Shown: positions 28,633 to 39,498, counted from the first letter of the stretch. The stretch: 64,000 bases of DNA from Candidatus Latescibacterota bacterium (GCA_965197905.1 CBDAOB010000005.1:2080001-2144000); one strand, 5' to 3'. The notes: generated by a model not told the origin, from the letters alone. A program made the numbers and translations.

Positions 28633-31563
28633 CTATAGCAAACCGCCATACTGGGTGAAACCGATCAACGCGCGTACGAAGAACGTCCATTCATCGAAGT
28701 TGCCGGCTTTGCCGAACCGGTCGTCAAACTCCATCTGATCCTTATTGAACCCCACGATCGTGAACAGATCGTAGCCGAAATAGCTCGACCTGTTCGTCGC
28801 CGTAGCGGTCAACGTGCGCCGTTCAAAGCTTTGGTGCTCGCGCGCCCTGTCCTCAAATCGATAGGGCAGTGGACCCGAACCCTGCACCCCGGCTCGAAGC
28901 GTTGTGCGACGCATCAGCGGATAGGTCAGCTGCACTATCGGAATCAGTTCGAACTCGAAGCGCACGATTTGGTCCGCCTCCTGGTCGACGAAACGGAGGA
29001 AGAGGAATTTGGACTTCGGCTGCAGGCTCAGCTTGCCCAGATGCCAGGTGTAGTCGACCATGCTGACCCCGGTCCAATGATCCAGCCGCCGTTGACGCTG
29101 GAAAAGACCGTTGTGTAACCGGCCGCCTTGCTGCCAGTTGATCCGCAGGCGCAGCTTGTGCACAAGATTAAGCGTGGACCACGGGCGTAGTCTGGTCTCC
29201 AGGTAACTCTCGTTGACATAGCTGTCCTGGTAAAGCAGCGGATCGGGGCGCAGCTGGCCCAGATAAACGCGAGGCGAGTCGTAGACCCCATGTGAGATGT
29301 GGCGCCAGACGCCCAAATTGTGTCGCCCTTGCGCCAACATATTGTACTCGTCGGCGATATCGTCCTGCACCCGGCGCACGTGGTTTTCGAAATAGAGCCG
29401 CCTGAGGCCAGCTACCCCCTCCCGTCGATAGGTCAGCAGCCCGTAAGCGGAATGGTTGCGCCCGGTCCCGGCGATCTCCTCGACCGCATAGCGGCCCGCA
29501 CCCAGCGACCAGCGCTGCGTCAGATCTACCTGCGCGAATAGATGAAAGCCGCGCTGGTCCGGGTCGTAGGGATGGTCCACGTCCGGGTCGTCTTCGCGCT
29601 GATCGGGCTCGTCGTTGTTGTTGCGGTCCAGGCCGTAGACGTACTCGTTGGGTTCCACCGCGTACATCAGAAAGGGTTCGGTGTGATCGGGCAGACCGTT
29701 CCGGTTGCGGTTGGTGTCCGGAAAGCCGTCGTTGTCCTCATCCTGGTTCAAATAAACCCCATCCGAATCGATGCCCCCGACTTGGTTGTACGCAGAGCGG
29801 CCGAGAATGAGACCGATCTGTTTATCGGGAAAGGCATCGCCGTCCTCGTTGTCCTGCACCAGGTCCCAGTAGATCGTCTCGTTCGTCAACCCGTTGATCG
29901 TGCTGCGACGGTAGGTAACAGCCCTATCGTGGGGTACGAAACTCTGCATCGTGGTCTTGAAACCTGGATTCATGGCGAAGTACTCCGCGCCCAGGTTCCA
30001 GTGCCCGAACCAGCGGGTGGCATTGATGAAGTAAGCCGAGCCCCGATCCGCATAGCGCGGACTCCGACCGAAGACCGGCTCTCCCTGCAGCTGCGCCGGG
30101 TAGCGGCCGTACACCGCTGAACGCGCGTATTCGCCGCTGACCTCCAGACCGGCCAGCTGCAGATTCAGGTCGGCGCTGTAGGTGAAGATGGCCGTGCTCT
30201 CGCCCACATGAAAACGGACGCGCTTCAGGTTCGACAGGTCCTGCACATCGCCCGCGGCGCGCAGGACCGTGCGGTAATAAGTGCTTCTCAGACGCGTCTC
30301 GTAGGCCCCGCGTGAATTCTGCTCGGACAGGGTCGCCACCTCTACGCGGTAGTCATTGCCCACGACCGCCTCCACCTCCACCGATTCAACGTAGTGCTCC
30401 TGCGACACGTCGAAGAGGTAGACCAGTTGCTCTTCCCCATCTACGCGCTGAACGGCTTCCGGAGATTCCAGCACAAAATGCTCCACCAGCCCGCTCAGGT
30501 TGGTGTTCTTGCTCACATCGATTCCGGTTTCGTGGTCCAGGCGATAGAGGTAGTCGGCAAACGCGGGAAACTCTTCTCTCCCGCGGTAAAAAGGACGATA
30601 GCCCGGGTTTGGCTGGTAGTACGGCCGCGGCGTGAAGGCCCCGGTGCGCTGGGATATGGTCCCCACCTGGAAACTCACATCTGCCCGGTGCCGGATTGCC
30701 CCGCGGCTGAGATCCGGACGCGCCTCGCCGTTGACGATGAGCTGCACCTCTTGTACCACAGCCCCATCGCGACCATCGGCCGGAGCGTCGTCGGCAAAAC
30801 GCACGATGACCCACTCCGTCAGACGCTGCCTGGAACGCAGCGCCCCTTTGACGCTGTTGCCGGGCCGCGTGCTCTCATACACGTGCAGGTTCACGCCGTT
30901 CAAGCCCAGGCGAAGTGTCCCGAGGTCGGTCTCCAGACGACTGCCCAGCAGCAGGCTGGAGTCGGTGGCAAATATGGTGCCGTCGATGTAAAGCGGATCC
31001 TCGACACTGTACCAATCTCGAAGGAAGTGCGGCCGTTCTATGCGGGAACCCAGCGCGGTAAACTTCACATGGGGTACGGCCAGATCGAACCGCATCCCAT
31101 TGAAATCCACCATGGATAGGGTGAGCGGCGTGAAGCGCGCGATGAGCCCGTCGCCCACGAGGGCACTGTAGTTCCAGCTGCCGTAGCCATCTCGCCCCAT
31201 TACGAGGTAGCTCATGGCATCGTCCCAGGCCATTCGCTCCTTATAGATGGAGCTGCCCCATTCCAAGCTCGGCATACGCTGCTCCGTCCAGTTGTAGAGT
31301 TCATAGCCGGTGATGAGGTAATCCCCGGTCGAGCTGTAGTGAGCCAGGGGCGCATCGGTATAGGGAAAGGCGTGGTTCGGGAAGTTGCTGAAGTTCTGGA
31401 AAGCGTAGTTGCGATAGGCAGGTTGCTGGTGTCGCAGGAAGGTAGTTTGGGGAAGTACTTCGGGTATACCCACCTGGGCGTGTTCCTCGGCACTGCCTTC
31501 CGCCGTCCAGGCTACGAGCGCCGACATAATGAGTCTGCACCTACGGCGCGGCAGATATCTCAT
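28633..31563 (-). CDS. large exported, putative outer-membrane protein with acidic Ca-binding repeats, paralog 1
   Basis: Signal-like leader from ATG 31563; DxDxDG-rich segment; amphipathic strands ending FFVRALIGF. Confidence 0.65.
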   Translation of the reverse strand: MRYLPRRRCRLIMSALVAWTAEGSAEEHAQVGIPEVLPQTTFLRHQQPAYRNYAFQNFSNFPNHAFPYTDAPLAHYSSTGDYLITGYELYNWTEQRMPSLEWGSSIYKERMAWDDAMSYLVMGRDGYGSWNYSALVGDGLIARFTPLTLSMVDFNGMRFDLAVPHVKFTALGSRIERPHFLRDWYSVEDPLYIDGTIFATDSSLLLGSRLETDLGTLRLGLNGVNLHVYESTRPGNSVKGALRSRQRLTEWVIVRFADDAPADGRDGAVVQEVQLIVNGEARPDLSRGAIRHRADVSFQVGTISQRTGAFTPRPYYQPNPGYRPFYRGREEFPAFADYLYRLDHETGIDVSKNTNLSGLVEHFVLESPEAVQRVDGEEQLVYLFDVSQEHYVESVEVEAVVGNDYRVEVATLSEQNSRGAYETRLRSTYYRTVLRAAGDVQDLSNLKRVRFHVGESTAIFTYSADLNLQLAGLEVSGEYARSAVYGRYPAQLQGEPVFGRSPRYADRGSAYFINATRWFGHWNLGAEYFAMNPGFKTTMQSFVPHDRAVTYRRSTINGLTNETIYWDLVQDNEDGDAFPDKQIGLILGRSAYNQVGGIDSDGVYLNQDEDNDGFPDTNRNRNGLPDHTEPFLMYAVEPNEYVYGLDRNNNDEPDQREDDPDVDHPYDPDQRGFHLFAQVDLTQRWSLGAGRYAVEEIAGTGRNHSAYGLLTYRREGVAGLRRLYFENHVRRVQDDIADEYNMLAQGRHNLGVWRHISHGVYDSPRVYLGQLRPDPLLYQDSYVNESYLETRLRPWSTLNLVHKLRLRINWQQGGRLHNGLFQRQRRLDHWTGVSMVDYTWHLGKLSLQPKSKFLFLRFVDQEADQIVRFEFELIPIVQLTYPLMRRTTLRAGVQGSGPLPYRFEDRAREHQSFERRTLTATATNRSSYFGYDLFTIVGFNKDQMEFDDRFGKAGNFDEWTFFVRALIGFTQYGGLL

Positions 31564-31591
31564 TAACCCTATCCTTGTTCGGTTAGATCCT

Positions 31592-32923
31592 TCAGTGCCC
31601 GAGGATGCCCGGGGCGACCCGCATGAAGTTGCCGCCAATCATCTTTTGTATGTCGTCGTCCGAATAACCCCGCTGCACCAGCGCCACGGTCACGTTGTAG
31701 GGCCAGCAGCACTCGGAGAGGGCATGAGGCGCCGTGTAGATCTTCCAGTTCGCTTCGTTGGAATTTGCCATGTGGGCGTGCTGCGATTGGGTCTCCAAGG
31801 TGAGGTCCCACGGGTTGGCGGTATTCCACTGGTCCGGCGTGATGGCCTCGATCGTCTCGGGCAGTTCCAGGGCGAAGCCGGGACCGGCATCGCTGGCGAA
31901 GCCGATGTGGTCGGTGCCGATCAGCTGAGCGGCGTGATCCACGTGGCGCATGAACATTTCGATGCTGTTCTCCCCCAGCAGGGTAAAGATGCTGCAGATT
32001 CCGACGAGCCCGCCCTTGTCAGCAACGGCCTTCATGGATTCATCGGTGATGTTGCGATCGCGACAGTAGCCGGGATGCACCGCCTTGCAGCCTACGTGGC
32101 TGACGATAACCGGCTTTTCGGAGGCTTCGACCATCTCGAGCGTGGTTTGCTGCGGGCAGTGACTTGGGTCCACGATGATCCCCAGCTCGTTCATGCGCCG
32201 CATAGCCTCGCGTCCCAGATCGGAGAGGCCCCGCTCGGGGTGCCACTGTCTGCCGCCGAGCTCATTGTCGAAGAGCATGGACCAGCGCACACCGAGACGG
32301 TAGTACTCCTCCAGGTCGTCGAGGGCGCTGCTCGACTCGGGGCGCAGCGGGCCGGCGCTGTGCAGGTGGTAGAGGATGCCCCACTCTCCCTTGGCTTTGA
32401 GTTTTTCCACCTGATCCATGCGTACGACGCGGTGCACAAAATCGACCTCGTCGAAGAAATAGTTGAAGCTGGCAAGTCCTTCGACGCCGCCCGAACCGGT
32501 GGCAAAGAGGGTTTTGCCGGCGGCCTGCAGGAGGGCGTAATTGTCGGCCTGTAGATCGGCATCGGAGGCCATCGCCAGCGGCCGCAGCGCATCTGCTTCT
32601 TCCATGATCTTGGCGACACGATGATGCTTCGCCGGAACCGAGTGCGTCGCAAAGACAATGGGCGGTGCGTCGGTCAGATCATCGTCCGCGGTTTCGGCCA
32701 GGCACCGGCGCACGAGATCGTCCATCTCGGGCGTGTAACCGTGGCCGCGGCCACCGCCCAACAGATCGCAGACGATGGTGTTGCGGTGCAGGTCCAGGCC
32801 GTGTTCTATCTCCCGTTCCGATGCCTGCAGTTCAGCCAGCACGGCTTCGCGGCAGCCGCGCAGGTAGGTGCGTACGCGTTCGCTCGAAGCCAACTCCTCG
32901 GGATGGGTCAGCGCATCTTTCAT
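31592..32923 (-). CDS. M19-like amidohydrolase, paralog 4
   Basis: Family motifs DPSH, VSH and ASD; AAGGAG RBS. Confidence 0.85.
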   Translation of the reverse strand: MKDALTHPEELASSERVRTYLRGCREAVLAELQASEREIEHGLDLHRNTIVCDLLGGGRGHGYTPEMDDLVRRCLAETADDDLTDAPPIVFATHSVPAKHHRVAKIMEEADALRPLAMASDADLQADNYALLQAAGKTLFATGSGGVEGLASFNYFFDEVDFVHRVVRMDQVEKLKAKGEWGILYHLHSAGPLRPESSSALDDLEEYYRLGVRWSMLFDNELGGRQWHPERGLSDLGREAMRRMNELGIIVDPSHCPQQTTLEMVEASEKPVIVSHVGCKAVHPGYCRDRNITDESMKAVADKGGLVGICSIFTLLGENSIEMFMRHVDHAAQLIGTDHIGFASDAGPGFALELPETIEAITPDQWNTANPWDLTLETQSQHAHMANSNEANWKIYTAPHALSECCWPYNVTVALVQRGYSDDDIQKMIGGNFMRVAPGILGH

Positions 32924-32965
32924 CTAATTCTCCTTCCTGATCGTAAGCTACGAATATTCTGCGTT

Positions 32966-32995
32966 TTGCCAAAAATATTGAACTTTTGTCGACAA
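32966..32995. promoter_or_regulatory. candidate GntR operator plus promoter
   Basis: Palindrome TTGTCGACAA at 32986-32995; related box 20 bp away overlapping TTGGCA-N16-TAGCTT on the minus strand. Confidence 0.55.
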
Positions 32996-33041
32996 TTAAT
33001 TGCGGCAGACACTCATAGCGCCGCGCGGCACCAGTTCGGGA

Positions 33042-34979
33042 TTACCATCCGTGGACACGGTGGCCGACGGTGGGAAACCAGATCATGTCCACCCCCGTAG
33101 ACAGGATCACACCCAGCACGTAGGCAAGTCCCATCCCGTAGAAAAAAGGTTTGCCCGCCTGATACGCCTTGGTCCCCCCGTAGTGCAACAGCGCCAGCTT
33201 CAGGATCCAGATCACGAGCAGATTGATCCAGTACAACCAGGTGGCGTAGATGTGCTGGAAGATCAACCCGATCGGGTGGATGGAAAACCAGTGGAAGCGT
33301 GCCCGCAGCAAGGTGATCACTCCAGCTTCGGTAAAACCTCCCAGCCAGACGGCCCATTTGCCCCAGTGGGGCGAGGTGTCGTGCTCGAGCAGATGAACGA
33401 TCGCGTTGTAGAGGCGGTTGGCGTTGCCGCCGTGCCCTTCTTCGTAGGCCAGATCGAGCGTTGCCCACACCGCTATGGGAAACCCAGCGAGGAAGGCGAC
33501 GATTACTGCCGTGCTCACCCACCCCGGCTGCCGCTTCAACGAGAAAATGCGCAGATGATGAGGTATCGCCGGCCAGGCCGGAATGCACAGGTTCCCAAAG
33601 AAAGCGGTGCTGGTGAATAGCCTGTAGGGAACCATCCTTTCGGGATGCACATAGACCGAGCCGATCAGGTCCAGAATAAATGAGGTGCCTTTCAAGTATT
33701 CGGGTCGAGGGTAGATGTAGGCGACGCCGCTGGCGGCGAGGAGTTTCACCGTGACGAAGAAGACCAGGGTCATCAGCACGAAGCTACCCGCAGCCATGGG
33801 CAAGCTAACCCCCAGATACATAGCCCAGCCGATCACGTAGATCGCCGAGAACAACATGCCGGCGACGGCCAGGCGATAGCGCAGTACCTCGGCCGCATCC
33901 CCAGCACCGCTGCGTACCTGGTGCCATACCTGGCGCAGATGGCGCCGTGCAATCCATATCGACCAGAGGCCGACGAAGATCATGGCGCCGTAGCTTTCGG
34001 TGTTGACGATTCGGTGCCGTTCGGTATACCAGTACTTGGAGAAACCCAGATCCGGGGCACCGAAATGGTCGATCAGCATCAATTTCGACTCGGCGATCCA
34101 ATGGAAAAGTACTAAGCTGCCCAGGATATCGACGGGGCACAGGTAGATCACCATGAGCATCAGCGGCATCACGCGGATAAACACCGCCGGCCACCCATCA
34201 GCTACTTGATGGATGGAGTAGGTCCAGAACAGGTCGAAGGAGACCAGCCCCGGGGTGAAGTAGGTAACGATATTGTAGAGCTGGGGCGCGAACACGATGC
34301 CGAAGCCGATCCAGAACAGCCGCTTGTAAAAGAGATCGGGCAGCCGACGCCGGCCATCGAATCCTCGGGTCACGTCCAGGGACAGCTGGGCCAGTGGAAA
34401 GGTGAGCTTTTCCGATCCCTCCCACTGTTGCTGGAACACCACCAGTAGACAGTAACCGAAAACGAGCACGGCAACCGACACCCCCAGCCAATCGAGGATC
34501 GGTCCGAGCCAGCCATCCCAGGGAATCGACATGCCCTGGGGCTGGCCGTACCAGAAGTAGTCGATTACGCTGGCGGTGGTGGGTGGCAGGGCATGCCAGG
34601 GCATGTAGTCGAAGAAGTCGGCCCATCTGTTTTCAGGCGCGGCAAAGTGGGTGGGCGCGGCAAGGGCAGAAGTCCAGGCATTGATCCAGACCGGGATCGT
34701 GGCCACCACCCAGGTCATGGAAAAGAGGGTGAGCAGCTCGCCCCGGGTGAGGGCGATTCGCGGCCACAACGCCTTGAGGACCAGGTTCGTCACCAGCCAC
34801 AAGGCGAACGGCATGAAGGCGGCCATCGGGTACTGCGCGTGCACGTAGGTTCCCGAGCCCTGGCGCTGGGCGATCTGGATGATGTAGTAGAACATCGCCG
34901 CAATAGTCAGAACGCCCAGTATTACGGCGCGCGGCGTAATGAGCGGTGCGGAGTGGTCGGATTCTTCCGGCGGGGTCAT
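33042..34979 (-). CDS. DUF6785/DUF6784 polytopic membrane protein (putative transporter)
   Basis: Many hydrophobic segments; ITPRAVILG, LTRGELL, QW...EKLTFPL, WFSIHPIG and YQAGKPFFYG. Confidence 0.75.
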   Translation of the reverse strand: MTPPEESDHSAPLITPRAVILGVLTIAAMFYYIIQIAQRQGSGTYVHAQYPMAAFMPFALWLVTNLVLKALWPRIALTRGELLTLFSMTWVVATIPVWINAWTSALAAPTHFAAPENRWADFFDYMPWHALPPTTASVIDYFWYGQPQGMSIPWDGWLGPILDWLGVSVAVLVFGYCLLVVFQQQWEGSEKLTFPLAQLSLDVTRGFDGRRRLPDLFYKRLFWIGFGIVFAPQLYNIVTYFTPGLVSFDLFWTYSIHQVADGWPAVFIRVMPLMLMVIYLCPVDILGSLVLFHWIAESKLMLIDHFGAPDLGFSKYWYTERHRIVNTESYGAMIFVGLWSIWIARRHLRQVWHQVRSGAGDAAEVLRYRLAVAGMLFSAIYVIGWAMYLGVSLPMAAGSFVLMTLVFFVTVKLLAASGVAYIYPRPEYLKGTSFILDLIGSVYVHPERMVPYRLFTSTAFFGNLCIPAWPAIPHHLRIFSLKRQPGWVSTAVIVAFLAGFPIAVWATLDLAYEEGHGGNANRLYNAIVHLLEHDTSPHWGKWAVWLGGFTEAGVITLLRARFHWFSIHPIGLIFQHIYATWLYWINLLVIWILKLALLHYGGTKAYQAGKPFFYGMGLAYVLGVILSTGVDMIWFPTVGHRVHGW

Positions 34980-35043
34980 CTGACTTTTGGGTGGCGGGCG
35001 AACGGCGACCGGAGGTGTGTCCCCTCTGGCGTGCGCTAGGAAG

Positions 35044-37260
35044 CTATTTATCTAACTCCAGCAGCACTACCTCATGCAGTTCCAGTTCGGGCAGTACCAC
35101 CGTGTCCGGCTTGTGGGTGACTTCCAGGGTTCTGTCCTGTAGCGGCAGTCGGGCTCCCTTCAGCTCAAAGCCGTGGAACTGCATTGCGATGTCGCGAATG
35201 GGGTTCAGCTCGTGCAGGTAGAAGTAGGATTTCAGGTCGCGATTGTAGCTTTCCTTGTCCTCTATGCGCCACGGCAGAACCGGGGTGGGATTGTTTACCA
35301 GGTGGACCATCAATTCGTTAGATCCGCGGAAGGCCGCGGTCACCTCGACAGCTTCAGGCGCATGAAAGGTGATGGGCGGCTGGGTTCGCTCTACTAGACC
35401 GGCGACAAACCTTCGGAGCAGAGGGTACGGTTGGTTCATGTAGGCGCCGCCCAGATCGGCGCCGATGTAGATGGCCTGGCCCTTGCCATAAGGGTGCAAC
35501 ACCACCGCGGGCTCTCCCGTATCGGGATTCGCGTCTGGCTCGAATTCCGCCAGGAGTTTTTCTGGCTCGATGCGGGCGCGAGTGCACAGTATCTGCAGCT
35601 CGGCATCGGGTCTGAGGGACACGGCCGACTCCTTGCCGTAGAGGCAGAGTATCCTCACTGCGTCCGGAAGCGGATGTTCCAGGGGAGATACGTAGAAGAT
35701 GGTATGGTCCTCATCTCCATCTGCGGACCCCTGGTAGTCCACGCCGAAAAGTTCGGCCAACGCGAAATTATCCCGCGGCTGTCCCCACTCGTCCAGCAGC
35801 GAGGTCTGGTGGGTGGCGATGAGGGTGCCGCCCGCCTGGACGAACTGGCTCAGTTCCAGGCACTGCGCTGCGGAAAGGCAGGCGCTGTTGGAGAGGAAGA
35901 GCACGGAGTACCTGGAGAGCTGGTCCCGGGTGAGATGTTCGTCGAAGACGATATCCAGCAGCAGATGAGAGCGATTGAGGATCTCGTAGGCACCATTGAC
36001 GTCTAGCTGTCCCATTTGAAAATAGCTGCCATCGAAGGTGGAATTCCTGGGGATTTCCGAAGGGCGGAAGTCGCGATTCTGCTGGGATAGGTGCAGACCC
36101 AGGTACTTGACGGTCTCGCCCTCGATGTAGTCGCGGCGCTTCTTGAACTGGGCGAAGACCCCTTTCATCATCTCTTTCTGGAGTTCGGGAGGATCGCCGA
36201 AGGGATCGCCGCAGGGCTGCGAGCCATTGGCAATAGCGATGCAACCAAAAACGGCGGGTGAGTAGGGTTCGCGGCGAGACATGGCGCGCTCGAACCCGGG
36301 GAGGACCTGCTCGAGATTGCGAAAGAGGCCAAAGGGGGTGCCGGTGGCGCGCATAATCTTGGCGACCAGACCCGGTTCCCGCAGCGAGCGGAAGGTCTCG
36401 GTGAAGAAAAGGGCGCCGGAATCCTCCAGATGGAGAGACGCCACCGGATGGGTGGATGACCAGGTGGTGTCGGGCCGGTAGTAGCTGTTGAAATCGAGGA
36501 TGGTGTGGGCATGTCTCTCCCTGACCCGGCGCGCGATGTAATTCAGAAATTCCGCCACGTTTTTATAGCGCCAGTTGATGGACTGCCGGAACTCCGTGGA
36601 GTCGAAATCCACCTTGTGAGGTAGTTGCAGGCCGGTTTCGTCGCGAAAGAGTTTTTCGCAGCGAGGGCAGCAACAGGCGGGCCGCAGGGGGCGCTCGTCG
36701 CCGATGCCCGGGCGGGTGCCGTCGAAGTAGAAGCCGTCCACATCCAGGTTGTCGAGACATTCGATCATGTGGTCGGCGGTCCAGTCGCGGTAGGGAGAGT
36801 TCAAACAGGGCCAGCCGATGTTTTCTATGGGCGGTCTGCCGTCGTCCAGGGACACGCACATCCAATCGGGATGGAGTCGTTTGAGGGGCAGACGGGTGCG
36901 GATGCCCCAGTAGCCCAGCACCAGCATCCCCTTCTGGTGCGCCAGTTCCAGAAAGAAAGGCAGGGGATCATGGGCAAGATTGGGATGGGGCGGGAGCATC
37001 TTTGACGGGAAGCGCGGCGTGCCCCGGTTTTCCACTATCTGCACCACCTGCACCTCGAAACCCATCTCGCTGGCCAGTTCCGCGTAGTCGCGAACGGCTT
37101 GCTCGCGGTCGCTGTCCCGAGCGGGCGGTGGTGGCTCGTTCAAACATCGGCGATAGTGCTCCATGCGGCACACGCGCTTGCTGTAGGGTAACTCCTCGAG
37201 GCGCTGAGCGGTGGAGCCTGTCTTCACTGTACCGGACGGCCTTTCTTCAGTCGGGTTCAT
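35044..37260 (-). CDS. GHL6/GH42-like putative hydrolase, paralog 2
   Basis: Colinear with 24777-27143; CCCPRC motif; GGAGG RBS. Confidence 0.75.
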   Translation of the reverse strand: MNPTEERPSGTVKTGSTAQRLEELPYSKRVCRMEHYRRCLNEPPPPARDSDREQAVRDYAELASEMGFEVQVVQIVENRGTPRFPSKMLPPHPNLAHDPLPFFLELAHQKGMLVLGYWGIRTRLPLKRLHPDWMCVSLDDGRPPIENIGWPCLNSPYRDWTADHMIECLDNLDVDGFYFDGTRPGIGDERPLRPACCCPRCEKLFRDETGLQLPHKVDFDSTEFRQSINWRYKNVAEFLNYIARRVRERHAHTILDFNSYYRPDTTWSSTHPVASLHLEDSGALFFTETFRSLREPGLVAKIMRATGTPFGLFRNLEQVLPGFERAMSRREPYSPAVFGCIAIANGSQPCGDPFGDPPELQKEMMKGVFAQFKKRRDYIEGETVKYLGLHLSQQNRDFRPSEIPRNSTFDGSYFQMGQLDVNGAYEILNRSHLLLDIVFDEHLTRDQLSRYSVLFLSNSACLSAAQCLELSQFVQAGGTLIATHQTSLLDEWGQPRDNFALAELFGVDYQGSADGDEDHTIFYVSPLEHPLPDAVRILCLYGKESAVSLRPDAELQILCTRARIEPEKLLAEFEPDANPDTGEPAVVLHPYGKGQAIYIGADLGGAYMNQPYPLLRRFVAGLVERTQPPITFHAPEAVEVTAAFRGSNELMVHLVNNPTPVLPWRIEDKESYNRDLKSYFYLHELNPIRDIAMQFHGFELKGARLPLQDRTLEVTHKPDTVVLPELELHEVVLLELDK

Positions 37261-39446
37261 CTGTCTACCTCCAACAGCAGCACCTCGTGCAGCTCTACCT
37301 CCGGAACAACGACGGTGGCGGGAACGCCGGTCACCTGCAGCGATTGCTCCCGCAGGGGCAGTCTGGCAGCCTTCACCTCGAAGCCATCGACGCGTACCTC
37401 CACGTCGTAGATCGAATTGACCTCGCGCAGTGCGTGAAAGGAGGTCATATCCTCATCGTATCTCTGGCGATCGACGACGCGCCAGGGCAACAACGGGGTG
37501 GGGTTGTTCAACAGGTGGACCATCATCTCGCGGGGTCCGCGCCAGGCGGCCGTCGCCTCGATCGCCTCGGGGGCTTGGAAGGCGACAGGCGGCTGCGTGC
37601 GCGCGACCAGGTGGGCGACAAACCGTCTGAGTAACGGGTAAGGGCTGCTCATGAAGGCGCCGCCGACGTCAGCTGCCAGGTAGATGGCCCGGCCCTGTCC
37701 ATACTCGTGCAATACAACCACGGTCCCGCCTGAGTCGTGGTTTTTCTCGGGGTGGAAATCCCTCACCGAGTCCTCGCCCTCGAGGCTGCTGCGGGTGCAC
37801 AATACCTGCACCTCTCGGTCGTTTCGCAGGGATACCTGCGTCTCCTTGCCGTAGAAGCAGATGAGCGGCCCGAAGAGGCGCTGCAGTTCCGCTTCCTGCT
37901 GCAGGTAGGTAACGCCGCGATCGTCTCCATCGTGACGCGGGCCCTGGTAGTCCACGCCGAAGAGCGCGGCCAGCGCGAAGTTGCCCCGCTGTTGCCCCCA
38001 TTCGTCCAGCACGGACGTCTCGTGGGTGGCAACGAGGGTACCACCCTCGCGCACATAGTCGGTCAATAACGCGCACTGTCCGTCGGAGAGGCAGGCGGAG
38101 TTGGACAGAAAAAGCACCGGATATTGGGACAGGTACTCATGGGTCAGATGTTCGTCGAAGACGAGATCGAGCAGCAGATGGGAGCGGTTGAGAATCTCGT
38201 AGGCGCCGTAGGCGTCCACCATGCCGATCTCGTGGAAGTTCGTCTTGCCGGTGTTCTTGGGGATCTCCGAGGGGCGGAAGTCCCGGTTCTGCTGGGAGTA
38301 GTGCAGTCCCACATATTTCACCGTCTCGCCCTCGATGTAGTCGCTGCGCTTCTTGAACTCGCCGAAGACCTCTGTCATGACCTCCGTCTGCAACCAGTGG
38401 GGCGGGCCGAACGGGTTGCCGCAGATGGTGCCGCCGTTGGCCAGGGCGGCAAATCCGGCGATGGAAGATGAGCAGGGCTCGGCATTCATGAAGCTGCGAT
38501 GCTCCTGACCCCGCCAAACAGAGAACGGGGTGCCGGTGGCGCGCAGCAGCTTGGCTTCGAAGCCGGGCTCGCGCAGTGAACGAAAGGTCTCTACCATGAG
38601 GTGCCCGCCCACATCCTTGAAGGGGAGGGGGTTCAACGGATGGGCGTCGGACCAGTCCGAAGAAGGGCGATTGTAGAAGTTCATGTCCATAATGGCGGCG
38701 GGATGTTTCTCCGAAACCCTGCCGAAAACGTGGCGCACGAATTCCCGGTACTTGTGGTAGCGCCAGTTGACGAAGCGCTTGAAGTCGATGGAATCGAAAT
38801 CCACCTTCGCCGGGATCTGCCGACCGGTTTCTCTGCAGTAGAGTTGCTCGCAGTAAGAGCAGCAGCAAGCGGGATAGTGGGGCCTGTTGTAGTGGGAGCC
38901 CCAATTGCTCGGGCTTATGTAAAAGCCGTCCAAGTCCAGGTGGTCCAGGTGTTCGATAAAATGCTCGGGCAACCAGTCGCGAAACGGCGAGCTGAAGCAG
39001 AACCAACCCATCTCCAAAACTTCAGGGGGGTCTCCCATCGGCGCATCGCCGGTGTCGAGGAACTTCATCTGCCACTCGGGATGGATCTCCCTGAGGGGGG
39101 CACAGCGATTCAGGGGGACGTAGTAGAGTGCCAGGATCTCCCTTCTGTGCACCAGCTCTAAAAAAAAGGGCAGGCGGTCCCGATCGAGATCCGGGTGGGG
39201 AGGAAGCATCTTGGAGCGGAAGCGCGGCCTCTGCTGGCCCACTTCTCCTATGACGCACACCTCCACACCCACCTGGTGGGCCCAATCCACCCACTTCTCG
39301 AAATTGGCGTCGGGAACTGATGGGTCCAGAAGTTCCCTGCTTGGCGAGGCTTCCAGACGGCAGGTCCGCTGGGCGTAGGGTCTCCAACCCTGTTCCGTGG
39401 ACGTGTTCATTCCCAGAGCATCCTGTTGCTCGGCATCGGTGTTCAT
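37257..39446 (-). CDS. GHL6/GH42-like putative hydrolase, paralog 3
   Basis: Colinear with the other two paralogs; CCCSYC motif; start uncertain (39446 or 39410). Confidence 0.72.
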   Translation of the reverse strand: MNTDAEQQDALGMNTSTEQGWRPYAQRTCRLEASPSRELLDPSVPDANFEKWVDWAHQVGVEVCVIGEVGQQRPRFRSKMLPPHPDLDRDRLPFFLELVHRREILALYYVPLNRCAPLREIHPEWQMKFLDTGDAPMGDPPEVLEMGWFCFSSPFRDWLPEHFIEHLDHLDLDGFYISPSNWGSHYNRPHYPACCCSYCEQLYCRETGRQIPAKVDFDSIDFKRFVNWRYHKYREFVRHVFGRVSEKHPAAIMDMNFYNRPSSDWSDAHPLNPLPFKDVGGHLMVETFRSLREPGFEAKLLRATGTPFSVWRGQEHRSFMNAEPCSSSIAGFAALANGGTICGNPFGPPHWLQTEVMTEVFGEFKKRSDYIEGETVKYVGLHYSQQNRDFRPSEIPKNTGKTNFHEIGMVDAYGAYEILNRSHLLLDLVFDEHLTHEYLSQYPVLFLSNSACLSDGQCALLTDYVREGGTLVATHETSVLDEWGQQRGNFALAALFGVDYQGPRHDGDDRGVTYLQQEAELQRLFGPLICFYGKETQVSLRNDREVQVLCTRSSLEGEDSVRDFHPEKNHDSGGTVVVLHEYGQGRAIYLAADVGGAFMSSPYPLLRRFVAHLVARTQPPVAFQAPEAIEATAAWRGPREMMVHLLNNPTPLLPWRVVDRQRYDEDMTSFHALREVNSIYDVEVRVDGFEVKAARLPLREQSLQVTGVPATVVVPEVELHEVLLLEVDR

Positions 39447-39498
39447 GGGTTGTTCCGTTGCATTTAGGGTTAGAGCGCAGATACACACGTGATTCGCA

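Larger units (their letters stand above)
31587..33167 (-). repeat. inverted duplication, arm A (~1.57 kb)
   Basis: Reverse complement aligns with 44932-46496 across the transporter 3' end, the intergenic region and the whole dipeptidase gene. Confidence 0.9.
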
